Below are positions 1 to 9,096 of a stretch of 64,000 bases of DNA, piece after piece. The notes under the pieces are model-generated. The model was given only the letters and a program-made list of their open reading frames with translations, was not told where the DNA came from and did no database searches. The position numbers and the translations under genes were made by a program. The stretch comes from an uncultured Nitrososphaerota archaeon (GTDB taxonomy: Archaea > Thermoproteota > Nitrososphaeria > Nitrososphaerales > Gagatemarchaeaceae). Where the stretch lies: contig CAVRAG010000008.1 of assembly GCA_963718895.1 (NCBI GenBank), forward strand, positions 1,548,040 to 1,612,039, read 5' to 3'. Every line of letters starts with the position of its first letter. Position 1 is the first letter of the stretch.

Positions 1-1
1 G

Positions 2-772
2 TATCTTCAGCAAGAAGAAAACAAGATGAGCGAAAAGGCGACGAGTCAGATCATGGAAGGAGATCGGTTCTTCGAAGTAACCGAGGAAAACCTGAGCGAG
101 GGGCGGTTTCCAGCCCGAACGGAGGAAAATACGACAGAGCGTCTCAAACTCCAGATTACCGTCCAAGGGTCGCGCTCTCCGGTCATGCTGTATGCAACTG
201 ACTACAGTGGCGAAATCCTAGAGTCATCAATGGAGAAGTCAACACTTGTTAAAGCGCCAGACCCCGCATACTTTCTACTTACGAAGGTCAAGGGTCAGCT
301 TGCCTACTTTCTGAGTGCCACCGCTCTCGCGTTTGTCATCGATCCGACTCACACCGGGCTCCAGGATCTTCCTGGAGGTGCCAAGCCGCAAAACAGTTTC
401 ATCAAAGCCGATTTCACGTACAAAGTACTTCTCCAGAAGTTGACTCAGGCGCGCACGGGGAATGATCGCGGAACCTTGAACACCCCAGTGGCAATAGTGC
501 TTACGAAAGTCGACACTTTCACTAGCAGAGGAGAGTCAGAAATCCTGAAGAATGGAGGACGAGATTGGGTGGAACATAACCTTCCAAAATTCAGCGGTGC
601 TCTAACGAGCTATGTCTCGGGCAAGGTAACGTACCTTACCTCAGGATTCGAAACTGAAAGGGACCCCCAAAACCCCAATTCGCTGCTCATAAAGAGACGC
701 GCCGGATACCCGATAGCAGTTGGCAACGGAACGGGAGGTCTTGTCTCTTGGCTGAAGGGATTGGCGAAATGA
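2..772 (+). CDS. TRAFAC-class 'double-GTPase'-like P-loop GTPase, 5'-truncated by the window edge
   Basis: Frame is open from the window start; G3-like DYSGE and G4-like VLTKVD motifs; Walker A would lie upstream; abuts a GAP1-N-like gene. Confidence 0.6.
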   Translation, partial: YLQQEENKMSEKATSQIMEGDRFFEVTEENLSEGRFPARTEENTTERLKLQITVQGSRSPVMLYATDYSGEILESSMEKSTLVKAPDPAYFLLTKVKGQLAYFLSATALAFVIDPTHTGLQDLPGGAKPQNSFIKADFTYKVLLQKLTQARTGNDRGTLNTPVAIVLTKVDTFTSRGESEILKNGGRDWVEHNLPKFSGALTSYVSGKVTYLTSGFETERDPQNPNSLLIKRRAGYPIAVGNGTGGLVSWLKGLAK

Positions 773-2584
773 GTGTCCGGGTTGCCTAGTCCAGAGTCAC
801 TAACGTGTGAAGCGCTTGTCTATACTGCGGCTGATGTGAAAGGCGTTAGGGGCTATCAGGTGGTAGCGTCTACATCCGGCATTGGCGACATACACTTGAA
901 GATGATGAATGACTATTTCCTGCCCGCATCGCTGACCCAAGGGACGCGATTCGTTTGGAGTAGGCAGATGCTCGTGGGAGAAGAGATAGTCGCTCACAGT
1001 TTCATCAAGAACGTAGGCTACGGTCCGGATGGAAGGAACGGAACTTTATACAATCATACAATCTTCATGGTGAAGGATGACTTTGCTTCTCTGGGGGCCG
1101 ACCCGCGTTACTTGGACCGGAGTGGCATATTCATGACCGATCTGAGCGCGCTGTCCCTTGGGAAGCTTAGTGAATCAGGAAAAATCGAGAGAGCGGTCAT
1201 CCCTCTCTCTCCTCGAATCGCAGGGTTAGAATACCTGAAAACGATTTTGACGGTAGATCAACTTTCGGCAACTATTCAGGCTCGACTGGCTGCCATCGTG
1301 GATGGCAAGAGGTTTGCTATCGGGGTTGATGGTTCTGTCAACCCCGAAGCGTTCTTGGGTGACCTATTTTCGTGCCTTCCGTTGTCAATCCGAGCGAGGT
1401 CGTACTCGACATTTTCGCGTGATCCAGTTCTTCAAAGCCGGTTCGAAGTCTTCATTGTGGAGGATGAACCACCTCAATTGGTGCTTTCCTCCCCAGCCTT
1501 TCTCTACCATGACGTGACTAAGACAGGACGTGGGAGCGGGAAACTTGGCGCGCTCGCAGAAGGGCTAGCTCTTGAGTCTTGGGCGGGAACACGACAGTTG
1601 CAGGCTGAGGTTGAGCAGCTCTTTGAGAGCAATCACAGTCAGCTGCGACAGGCGCTGCGATACGAAGAGTGCAAGATGGCTGTTGGGAAAAACAATGATC
1701 CCTCCTCAGTGACTGACTTGCAACTCGCTTGCGCGAGAGCCGGTCTGCCCCTTTCGCTGCAGCTCTCTACGAAGCACTTGGAAGAGGCTAGACGGGCCAG
1801 CCTCCTATCGGCAAACAGCGCCAAGATTAGCGAAGCGTACCTAGCGAGTCTGAAGACGTACGAATCCGCGCAGGACTCAGATTCCTGCGACGTGTTCTCG
1901 ACTTGGCTCTCGGAGGCTGTCGCGAAGTTCAGGGCCGCCGACCGGAACGCGGATGGCTTTGTGCTGGATTTCTTGACCGCCGCACCCGAGAGATGTCGTC
2001 CGTCGATCGCAGGCACCCTTCTTTCGACACTTGGAAATGGACTCCCTCAAGCTTACACGCCTGAAACCTTCTCAAGGTTGATTGAGAGGGAACCACTTCT
2101 TCATAACTGTCTGGCATTTCTCCGCGAGATAGAAAACGAATCGACTTTGGTATCAGTCGTGATGGAACTTTCGAGGATTGGGAAAGAAGACTTGGCCTAC
2201 GAGATTTTCGAATCAGTCGTAACTCCGTCGCAACAAGGTCGAATCAAGAGCGAAACTGTTCTCGCTCTTGTGAGAGATGAGAAGGCTCGGAAGCTTCCCA
2301 CTGTTATGAAGGAACTGATTGCCGAATCCTCGCTAAAGATAGCGGAAGAGACATTGAATGAGATACGTCGCGATGCCGGGTTGGGGTTTGCAACTCGATT
2401 CTTCAGAAGAGGGTCAAGAGACCTTCGAGGAGCAAGTGAGCGTCTTCACCAATTCGACGTAGAATTTCGCACCCCCGTCCTAGAGTACCTCTCTTCAGAC
2501 AAGACAGATTCTAAAGTGCTGAGGCACGCCATAGAGGAACTGAAGGCGAAGGTTGTCGACCTGAATTCCGAGCTCGGTAGGTGA
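773..2584 (+). CDS. GAP1-N2-like domain protein (GTPase-associated protein) with helical C-terminus
   Basis: N-terminal LVYT..GYQVVASTSG and GPDGRNGTLYNHT resemble GAP1-N motifs; 603 aa; starts right after the GTPase stop. Confidence 0.55.
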   Translation: MSGLPSPESLTCEALVYTAADVKGVRGYQVVASTSGIGDIHLKMMNDYFLPASLTQGTRFVWSRQMLVGEEIVAHSFIKNVGYGPDGRNGTLYNHTIFMVKDDFASLGADPRYLDRSGIFMTDLSALSLGKLSESGKIERAVIPLSPRIAGLEYLKTILTVDQLSATIQARLAAIVDGKRFAIGVDGSVNPEAFLGDLFSCLPLSIRARSYSTFSRDPVLQSRFEVFIVEDEPPQLVLSSPAFLYHDVTKTGRGSGKLGALAEGLALESWAGTRQLQAEVEQLFESNHSQLRQALRYEECKMAVGKNNDPSSVTDLQLACARAGLPLSLQLSTKHLEEARRASLLSANSAKISEAYLASLKTYESAQDSDSCDVFSTWLSEAVAKFRAADRNADGFVLDFLTAAPERCRPSIAGTLLSTLGNGLPQAYTPETFSRLIEREPLLHNCLAFLREIENESTLVSVVMELSRIGKEDLAYEIFESVVTPSQQGRIKSETVLALVRDEKARKLPTVMKELIAESSLKIAEETLNEIRRDAGLGFATRFFRRGSRDLRGASERLHQFDVEFRTPVLEYLSSDKTDSKVLRHAIEELKAKVVDLNSELGR

Positions 2585-5067
2585 AAGTCTTGGGAAAAGA
2601 GAGTCAATACCCCCTTGAGAATGAATTGAAGGAGGTGCTTAGGTTATCCCCGAGTGAGAGGAAGGATCGACTGAAGGTTCATATCGAGAAATATGAGAAC
2701 GTCATGCGAAGTCAAGCACCTCAAGACAATGAACGTAGGATGAAGCTGGCGCCAGCGCACGAGCTTGAGGCGATCCTAATCTACCTGTCTGACGTTCTTA
2801 GCATACCCGTGGAGCTCAAGAACGTAGTTTGGGAGGAGAGCCTTAGACTCTTCAAAGAGGGCGGTGACGACATAAGTTGCGCTAGGCTCCAACTGAACAA
2901 GCGAGGACTAATCGGACCCAATCTTCCCTTCACCAGGGACCCATTCCAGAGATACGTCGAGGAGTTCTGGACTGAAGACTCCCTCAACGAAATCGCTTTC
3001 GGGACGCGCCTCGAGAATTATACTCGAGACGCGCTTGAGGAGATGGATCGACTTTCCGGCGATTCGCATGACAAATCCACGGACATCTTCCTCGCCTACG
3101 AGGTGTATTGCAAGGCTCGCCTCCTGGCCACAGTCCTCCCATTCATTGTGCAATGTCGCCAGCGAGGGATGATAGAATCAAAGACTGAACTCTCTTTTGT
3201 GAGAGAGAGATTCGATGAGATCCTCAACCGTGCATTAGTTCAAGAAACGGCGAGGGATACTGGCCACATGAGGAAAGACGCCGAAGCGGCCGCGGCGGAA
3301 CTGGCCCTAGATTTCAAGGACATAGAGAATGATCTTGAGACTCTCGGAAGAATTCGTGGCGTGCTCAAGAGAGCGGAGTCGATTCGGGTCACAGTGGGAA
3401 TTGCGGCTAGTTTGCCCTCGATTGATGTAGACCCCCCTCATCTAAAGGCCCTTTTCGGTAAACTGGCGAAAGCTGAGCCCAATTCCTGGAGCATTGGAAG
3501 AAGAAAGTTCCTTTGTGACGATTTTGGAATCACTGTTATTGAGCCTCGAGCGAACAGGACCGCCACGAGAGTCTATGATAACATTGCGAGCTGTTCACTC
3601 AACGCCACGCTCGAAGAAATCGCCGAGGTGCTCGCAGACATTGGTTGCACTGACACTCTCAGGAAGGAGGAGAATCAACCGTCGCTTCTGGCCCTACTGC
3701 GTGGCTGCCAAGACCTGAGTGACCATGTCCTTCAAGAACTCAAGAAGACCATGACGCTCACGGACTTTGCCCTTGCGTCCGCTGGGCTCTGCGAGCTGCT
3801 CAAGAGCAGACATCTTTCGAACGAGAACCGTGAATTGTGTGATGAGCTACTCCTTTGGTTCCTGCACGTCCCTGCGGTGGTTGTTGAGCTGACAAGACTT
3901 GCATGCCTGGGAAAGGATTGGAATATTGACAATGAGACTATCTTGACCGTCGCGCAACTCCTGCCAAGCTCCTCAGATCACGGCAACAAACTGGTCGCTG
4001 AAGTGTTGGACTCATTGCAAGAAATGGGAGGCCGCCGGTCGTCTCTCGATAATGGGGAAATTCATGAAGGAGATCCCTCGAACTACTCAGTGCTGACAGG
4101 ATACGCTCCAGCCGTCACGGACTTGAATGTAAGAGTGACACGCGCCGTCGAAACGGATCTTGGTCATGGCAAGCTCATTGACGACAAATCGCACAAGCGC
4201 ATTCAGAGTCTTGTGCGACTAATGGGGATTGAAAGCGAACTCGTGGCTAGGATAAAAACGGAGACTCGGGTGAAGGGAGACGCCCTTACCGCCAGCTCCA
4301 TGATGGGTTTCTTTCTACTCAATGTGGCTACACCCCAGAATGCTGGCAGGCTAGGCGCAATCGGGCTCTTGGTCCTCCTGCCCCTCGTCGCGAAAGTGGC
4401 TCAGTGGCGGAAGATTACATGGCTCAATTACGACATTCAGGGTAAGAAGCTCGTGCTGGGAGAGTCGGTCGCGGTATTCATCACGACAGCTCTCCTATTG
4501 ACGGGTACCAGTCTCCTATCCTCTTCGACACTTCCTCAGGGAATCAGCTCGATAACAACCCTTGTGGTCCTCGGAAACAGCGTCGCACTCGCCTCGGCCA
4601 TATACTTCGGAATAGACTTCGTGTATCGATTCCTGACGATTGATGTCTTCCTCAGGACCGAAGAAAGCCTCTCAACTACAGCCAACATTGTATCCTACTT
4701 CCAAGGTGTAATCCCTTCAATCGCGCAGGCGGCGTTTCTGTATTCGGCATTATTCTTTACAAACCCGGTGTCATATGTGACACTGGCATTCTTAACATTG
4801 TTTGTGGTGGTGATTTATTCATTACGGAACAGGCTACCAGTTGAAATTGAGAAGAAGGAAGAGCGCTGGTCTGCCAAACAACTCTTCGAGTCCGATGTTA
4901 GATACATAGTTAGATACGTCATGAACCATTCCGCGAATGGCTCAATTCCCTCGAGGACCGAAGTACTCCGCGTGATAAGTAGATCGACGACAAACGAAAA
5001 TCCCCTCAAAGTAATCAAGGAGGCTTCGTATCGCCTGAAGAAACTGGGCTTCGCGCCGGTTAATTGA
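2581..5067 (+). CDS. Large helical protein with C-terminal multi-pass membrane region
   Basis: 828-aa ORF, GTGA overlap with the previous gene; several hydrophobic segments from ~aa 570. Confidence 0.7.
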   Translation: MKVLGKESQYPLENELKEVLRLSPSERKDRLKVHIEKYENVMRSQAPQDNERRMKLAPAHELEAILIYLSDVLSIPVELKNVVWEESLRLFKEGGDDISCARLQLNKRGLIGPNLPFTRDPFQRYVEEFWTEDSLNEIAFGTRLENYTRDALEEMDRLSGDSHDKSTDIFLAYEVYCKARLLATVLPFIVQCRQRGMIESKTELSFVRERFDEILNRALVQETARDTGHMRKDAEAAAAELALDFKDIENDLETLGRIRGVLKRAESIRVTVGIAASLPSIDVDPPHLKALFGKLAKAEPNSWSIGRRKFLCDDFGITVIEPRANRTATRVYDNIASCSLNATLEEIAEVLADIGCTDTLRKEENQPSLLALLRGCQDLSDHVLQELKKTMTLTDFALASAGLCELLKSRHLSNENRELCDELLLWFLHVPAVVVELTRLACLGKDWNIDNETILTVAQLLPSSSDHGNKLVAEVLDSLQEMGGRRSSLDNGEIHEGDPSNYSVLTGYAPAVTDLNVRVTRAVETDLGHGKLIDDKSHKRIQSLVRLMGIESELVARIKTETRVKGDALTASSMMGFFLLNVATPQNAGRLGAIGLLVLLPLVAKVAQWRKITWLNYDIQGKKLVLGESVAVFITTALLLTGTSLLSSSTLPQGISSITTLVVLGNSVALASAIYFGIDFVYRFLTIDVFLRTEESLSTTANIVSYFQGVIPSIAQAAFLYSALFFTNPVSYVTLAFLTLFVVVIYSLRNRLPVEIEKKEERWSAKQLFESDVRYIVRYVMNHSANGSIPSRTEVLRVISRSTTNENPLKVIKEASYRLKKLGFAPVN

Positions 5068-5157
5068 GGCCTTGCGGACCGTCATCGAACTCCGACCTTG
5101 ACGAAAGGCTACTCAGCGAGGTCGTAGCGCCACCCGTCTTGCGACTGTCGGGCGGCA

Positions 5158-5733
5158 CTAATTGTGTGCACCGATGCTTCTCCCACGCTCGGATTCCAGT
5201 AGACTGACCCAATCCCCTTCTTTGAACTTGGGGCGTGGACCACCTGACGTCTGGCGTCCTGTGGTCTGATGCAAGACAAAACCGAATCCCGCTGTCACTC
5301 CGGCAAGGACAAGCCACTCCGCCAAGTAAAGGGGAGTCGAAGGACTTGCCAAACCACTCGCCGAATAGCCCGCCAACAGGATCAAATCAGCACCAAGGAA
5401 CGCAATGAGGGCCGACCCGAGCAGGCCGAGCAGGAGGCCCCTGGTCGATGAAGTCGCCACTAGTTTACCGGGGAGGTAGCCAAACGCCGTTGTCGCCAAG
5501 GGGCTCGCTATCGTGAAAGTCTGTGCAACCAAGGTTGTCAGGTCGGACGATTGCGCACCGTTCGCTGTGGCGGCACCCAGATTGGCAATCAGAGGGACTA
5601 TTGCTCCGAGCCCGAATAGCGCACCCCCCTCGTAGCCGTATAGGAGTCCAACGGAAAGAGGTGTCAACATGTTGAGAGGAAGTATTAGAAACGATACCTT
5701 AGGAATCAGAAGGATCATGACGTCCGTGGCCAA
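5158..5733 (-). CDS. Multi-pass membrane protein (start uncertain)
   Basis: 191 aa, about five hydrophobic helices; follows the surface-protein gene on the same strand. Confidence 0.55.
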   Translation of the reverse strand: MATDVMILLIPKVSFLILPLNMLTPLSVGLLYGYEGGALFGLGAIVPLIANLGAATANGAQSSDLTTLVAQTFTIASPLATTAFGYLPGKLVATSSTRGLLLGLLGSALIAFLGADLILLAGYSASGLASPSTPLYLAEWLVLAGVTAGFGFVLHQTTGRQTSGGPRPKFKEGDWVSLLESERGRSIGAHN

Positions 5734-5771
5734 GTAGAACAGGCTGCCGAGTACGAGGAGCCTCCGCGTTC

Positions 5772-8120
5772 CTACGATGCTCCACTACCCCCCAATTCAG
5801 ATCTCCGAGGCTGGGAGGACTGATTAGGTCCACGCGCGATGATTAGAATCGGGACAAGAATCACGATTGTGATCAGAACCCACGCATACCAGAAGCTTGT
5901 CTTCAGGACAAGAGGAAGCGAAGTACCCTGTGAGCCCGAAGAGCTCGTAGTCGAGGTCGAGTTTCCGTTCGTGCTCGACGTGTTGGGACCGAGGCTGGAT
6001 GTTGTTTCCGTGGATGAGCTAGAGGTGGTCATTGTACTGGAGGTCACGGTTCCAGGAAGGCTAGAGGTAGTCGAAGAGCTACTAAACGTGTTCGTGCTCT
6101 GTGTGCTGGTCACAGTCGTCACTTTTGGTGAAACCACTAGGTAGATGGTCGAGTTACTTCCAGAGTAACCATTCTCGGATGCGCTGATGGTAACGAAATC
6201 ATATAGAGTGTTCTCAACATTTCCGACAGTGAAGTTGATTGCAAAGTGTCCATTCTTGTCCGTCACAGTGGTCTGTGTGTAGAAGCTGGAGCCTATGGTG
6301 TCGGACACAGTAACCGCGGCTCCGCCTACGCCGCTGTAGCAGCAGAGGTAGACGTAGCCGGTGATTGCATCTTGGACCCCTGGGTTCGGGCTGTTGTTTG
6401 ACACTGTCCCGCTTAGGTCCAGTTGCGTGCTACTGCAGGCGATGTAGATTGTATTTGACGCGATTCCTGTACGACCTGCCACAGACGCCGACGCTGTGAC
6501 GACGTCGATTCCACACTTCGCTGCTATCTGTACCTCGGTCAAAGCGACGCCGCTGGAGTTGGTCTTGACCGTGGCAGGCGCGAAGGTTGAGCTAAACCCA
6601 TCGGTGAAACCAACGGACGCTCCTGAGACAGGTTGGCCCCCAGAGGTGACAGTCGCCTCAACGATGAGTTGGTCGTTTACCGCTGAAGTAACGTATGGAC
6701 GATTCTCAAATGTGGAGAGCGTGCTGGGCAGAAACCGGTTCTCTACCACCGTGAGATAGTTTGAACCTGATGGATTCACTGTCATGTATATTGTAGAGCT
6801 GCTGTCCGAATACCCGCTCTTGGAAGCTGTAACGGTGATGAGGTCGTACTTGGAGCTGTCTACATTTCCGAGTGTGAAGTTAATTGAGTAGAATCCGTTA
6901 CTGCTTGTCTGAACGGACTCCGTGTAGAAGCTGGAGCCTATGGTGTCGGACACAGTAACCGCGGCTCCGCCTACGCCGCTGTAGCAGCAGAGGTAGACGT
7001 AGCCGGAGATGATATTGGTGCTCCCGCTGACTGCCGGATTGTTCTGAACCGAAGCATCAACGTCCAGTTGCGTGCTACTGCAGGCGATGTAGATTGTATT
7101 TGACGCGATTCCTGTACGACCTGCCACAGACGCCGACGCTGTGACGACGTCGATTCCACACTTCGCTGCTATCTGTACCTCGGTCAAAGCGACGCCGCTG
7201 GAGTTGGTCTTGACCGTGGCAGGCGCGAAGGTTGAGCTAAACCCATCGGTGAAACCAACGGACGCTCCTGAGACAGGTTGGCCTCCTGCAGTAACCGTCG
7301 TCTCGACGACTACCTGGTCGTTTACCGCTGAAGTAACGTATGGACGATTCTCAAATGTGGAGAGCGTGCTGGGCAGAAACCGGTTCTCTACCACCGTGAG
7401 ATAGTTTGAACCTGATGGATTCACTGTCATGTAGATCGTGGAACTGCTCCCCGAATAACCGCTTTCCAAGGTTGTCACTGTGATGAAGTCGTACTTGGAA
7501 CTACCTACTGCTCCGAGTGTGAAGTTAGTCGAATAGTATCCATTGCTACTGGTCTGCACAGTCTGTGTGTAGAAGCTGGAGCCTATGGTGTCGGACACAG
7601 TAACCGCGGCTCCGCCTACGCCGCTGTAGCAGCAGAGGTAGACGTAGCCGGAGATGATATTGGTGCTCCCGCTGACTGCCGGATTGTTCTGAACCGAAGC
7701 ATCAACGTCCAGTTGCGTGCTACTGCACGCCACTGAAATGGAAGTAGACTGGGTGCTTGTAGAACCAGCTATGCTCACGCTCGCATTTATCATGTCGGTT
7801 CCACAGCGTTGTGCTATCTGTAGTTCGCTCACAGCGACACCGGTAGAGTTGGTAGCGGCGGTGGAGGGAGCGAAGGTTGACTTGAAGGAATCGATAAAAC
7901 TGACCGACGCTCCTGAGGCCGGCTGGCCCCCAGAGGTGACAGTCGCCTCGACGACCAACTGGTCATTGACCGCGAATGCCTGGCCCTTCATTACGGAGAC
8001 CCCCACCGACAATCCTGGGGCTCCAGAGGCTGTTGTAAATCGGAAGCCGGGTGAAGCGTAACCAACGAGCAGAACCATTAGCATGAGTGCAGACCACGCT
8101 CGAAGGTGTACCAACTGCAT
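5772..8120 (-). CDS. Cell-surface protein with repeated Ig-like (Big-1-like) domains, Ser/Thr linker and C-terminal TM anchor
   Basis: Signal peptide, three repeats with motifs such as ATVTSGGQPVSGASV and TNSSGVA, S/T-rich stalk, hydrophobic C-terminal helix. Confidence 0.8.
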   Translation of the reverse strand: MQLVHLRAWSALMLMVLLVGYASPGFRFTTASGAPGLSVGVSVMKGQAFAVNDQLVVEATVTSGGQPASGASVSFIDSFKSTFAPSTAATNSTGVAVSELQIAQRCGTDMINASVSIAGSTSTQSTSISVACSSTQLDVDASVQNNPAVSGSTNIISGYVYLCCYSGVGGAAVTVSDTIGSSFYTQTVQTSSNGYYSTNFTLGAVGSSKYDFITVTTLESGYSGSSSTIYMTVNPSGSNYLTVVENRFLPSTLSTFENRPYVTSAVNDQVVVETTVTAGGQPVSGASVGFTDGFSSTFAPATVKTNSSGVALTEVQIAAKCGIDVVTASASVAGRTGIASNTIYIACSSTQLDVDASVQNNPAVSGSTNIISGYVYLCCYSGVGGAAVTVSDTIGSSFYTESVQTSSNGFYSINFTLGNVDSSKYDLITVTASKSGYSDSSSTIYMTVNPSGSNYLTVVENRFLPSTLSTFENRPYVTSAVNDQLIVEATVTSGGQPVSGASVGFTDGFSSTFAPATVKTNSSGVALTEVQIAAKCGIDVVTASASVAGRTGIASNTIYIACSSTQLDLSGTVSNNSPNPGVQDAITGYVYLCCYSGVGGAAVTVSDTIGSSFYTQTTVTDKNGHFAINFTVGNVENTLYDFVTISASENGYSGSNSTIYLVVSPKVTTVTSTQSTNTFSSSSTTSSLPGTVTSSTMTTSSSSTETTSSLGPNTSSTNGNSTSTTSSSGSQGTSLPLVLKTSFWYAWVLITIVILVPILIIARGPNQSSQPRRSELGGSGAS
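6277..7950. repeat. Intragenic tandem repeat, 645-bp period, about 2.6-3 units
   Basis: Block gtgtagaagctggagcctatggtgtcggacacag... recurs at ~6277, ~6922 and ~7567; near-identical shadow ORFs at 6496 and 7141. Confidence 0.9.
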
Positions 8121-8419
8121 GATACGACTGAGTTCACTCCTTAATACTTTTTCAAGGAACAGAAGGGCTCTGGATAGGAATGAGTTTGGGGGTGACTCGC
8201 CTCACCAGGCATGCTGAGACTGCCGAGAGTAGTGACAAGAATGCTGGATGCAGTCAGCGATAATCTCCTCACACGTTCACAGTCAGGTAGTCCGCTTATT
8301 CAGTTTTGGACCTACAGTTTAGAACTCAAGACGTGTCTCGAACTTCTCACTTGTTTTCGTTCAGGTCGGAGTGGGCAGTCTATGGCGTCCCTTCACTCGT
8401 GAAATCGCATTCTGGAACC

Positions 8420-8545
8420 CTACGCAACCTGCGCCACCTTCACCATCCCAACCGCCGTCGTCTTCAGGCCCGGGTCGATGTACCTCTTGAAGATGGCAAG
8501 GTCCTCCGGGAGTCTCGAGCGCGATAGGGTACTCCATCTCGTACT
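8420..8545 (-). pseudogene. C-terminal remnant of a HerA-like ATPase paralog
   Basis: Translates across one frameshift as EYPIAL/RLPEDLAIFKRYIDPGLKTTAVGMVKVAQVA*, similar to the tail of the 13967-15161 ATPase (DPIALRLPEYIAIFRRYVNPDVPEAGTGFVMVPRVA). Confidence 0.7.
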
Positions 8546-8667
8546 CCTTCTGTGAGACCAAGTTTCGCTATTCTCTTGGCTCTGAGCACGTATGAGTTTG
8601 GCCTGTCGGATTCCGACACTGGCAACATACGTACGTGAGGCGACAGCACCGTTGACTGTCCATCTCT

Positions 8668-9096
8668 TCATTGGGTCTTCTCAACTGGCTTCCAATTCTT
8701 TGTATAGCGCTGAATCGGCTTCTCAAGGAACTTGGGATCTAACCCGATGGCATCTTTTAGGATAAGACCAAGATGTCTAATAAGATAGTCGCCAATTTCA
8801 AGCTGGAATTGTGGCTTGAATGGGGAGTCGAGATGAAGCTCCGATTCCATCAGTGCCCCGAGTTCTGCCCCTTCTTCCGTTGTTAGAAAGTCGTCTATCT
8901 TAGCGAATACTTCGCCGATCTCCAAGTTAGAGGCTGGATACAACAGATAGGTTCTCCACATGAGGTGACTGGAGTCACCCTCCTTGACTTCACTTGCAGG
9001 AGCGGACCCAGCGAAAAGACTCTCGGTCGAGCTAAGAGGTCCTATTAGTTTCGAGCGCAAAACCAGTCGCCTAACTGCTACTGACTCTATCTTCAT
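8668..9096 (-). CDS. Hypothetical protein
   Basis: 142-aa ORF overlapping the end of the upstream 499-aa gene. Confidence 0.6.
   Translation of the reverse strand: MKIESVAVRRLVLRSKLIGPLSSTESLFAGSAPASEVKEGDSSHLMWRTYLLYPASNLEIGEVFAKIDDFLTTEEGAELGALMESELHLDSPFKPQFQLEIGDYLIRHLGLILKDAIGLDPKFLEKPIQRYTKNWKPVEKTQ

Noticed and set aside
8188-8214. Possible further copy of the 23S-end repeat (ggggtgactcgcctcaccaggcatg)
   Set aside because: Similarity is too weak to distinguish from chance.
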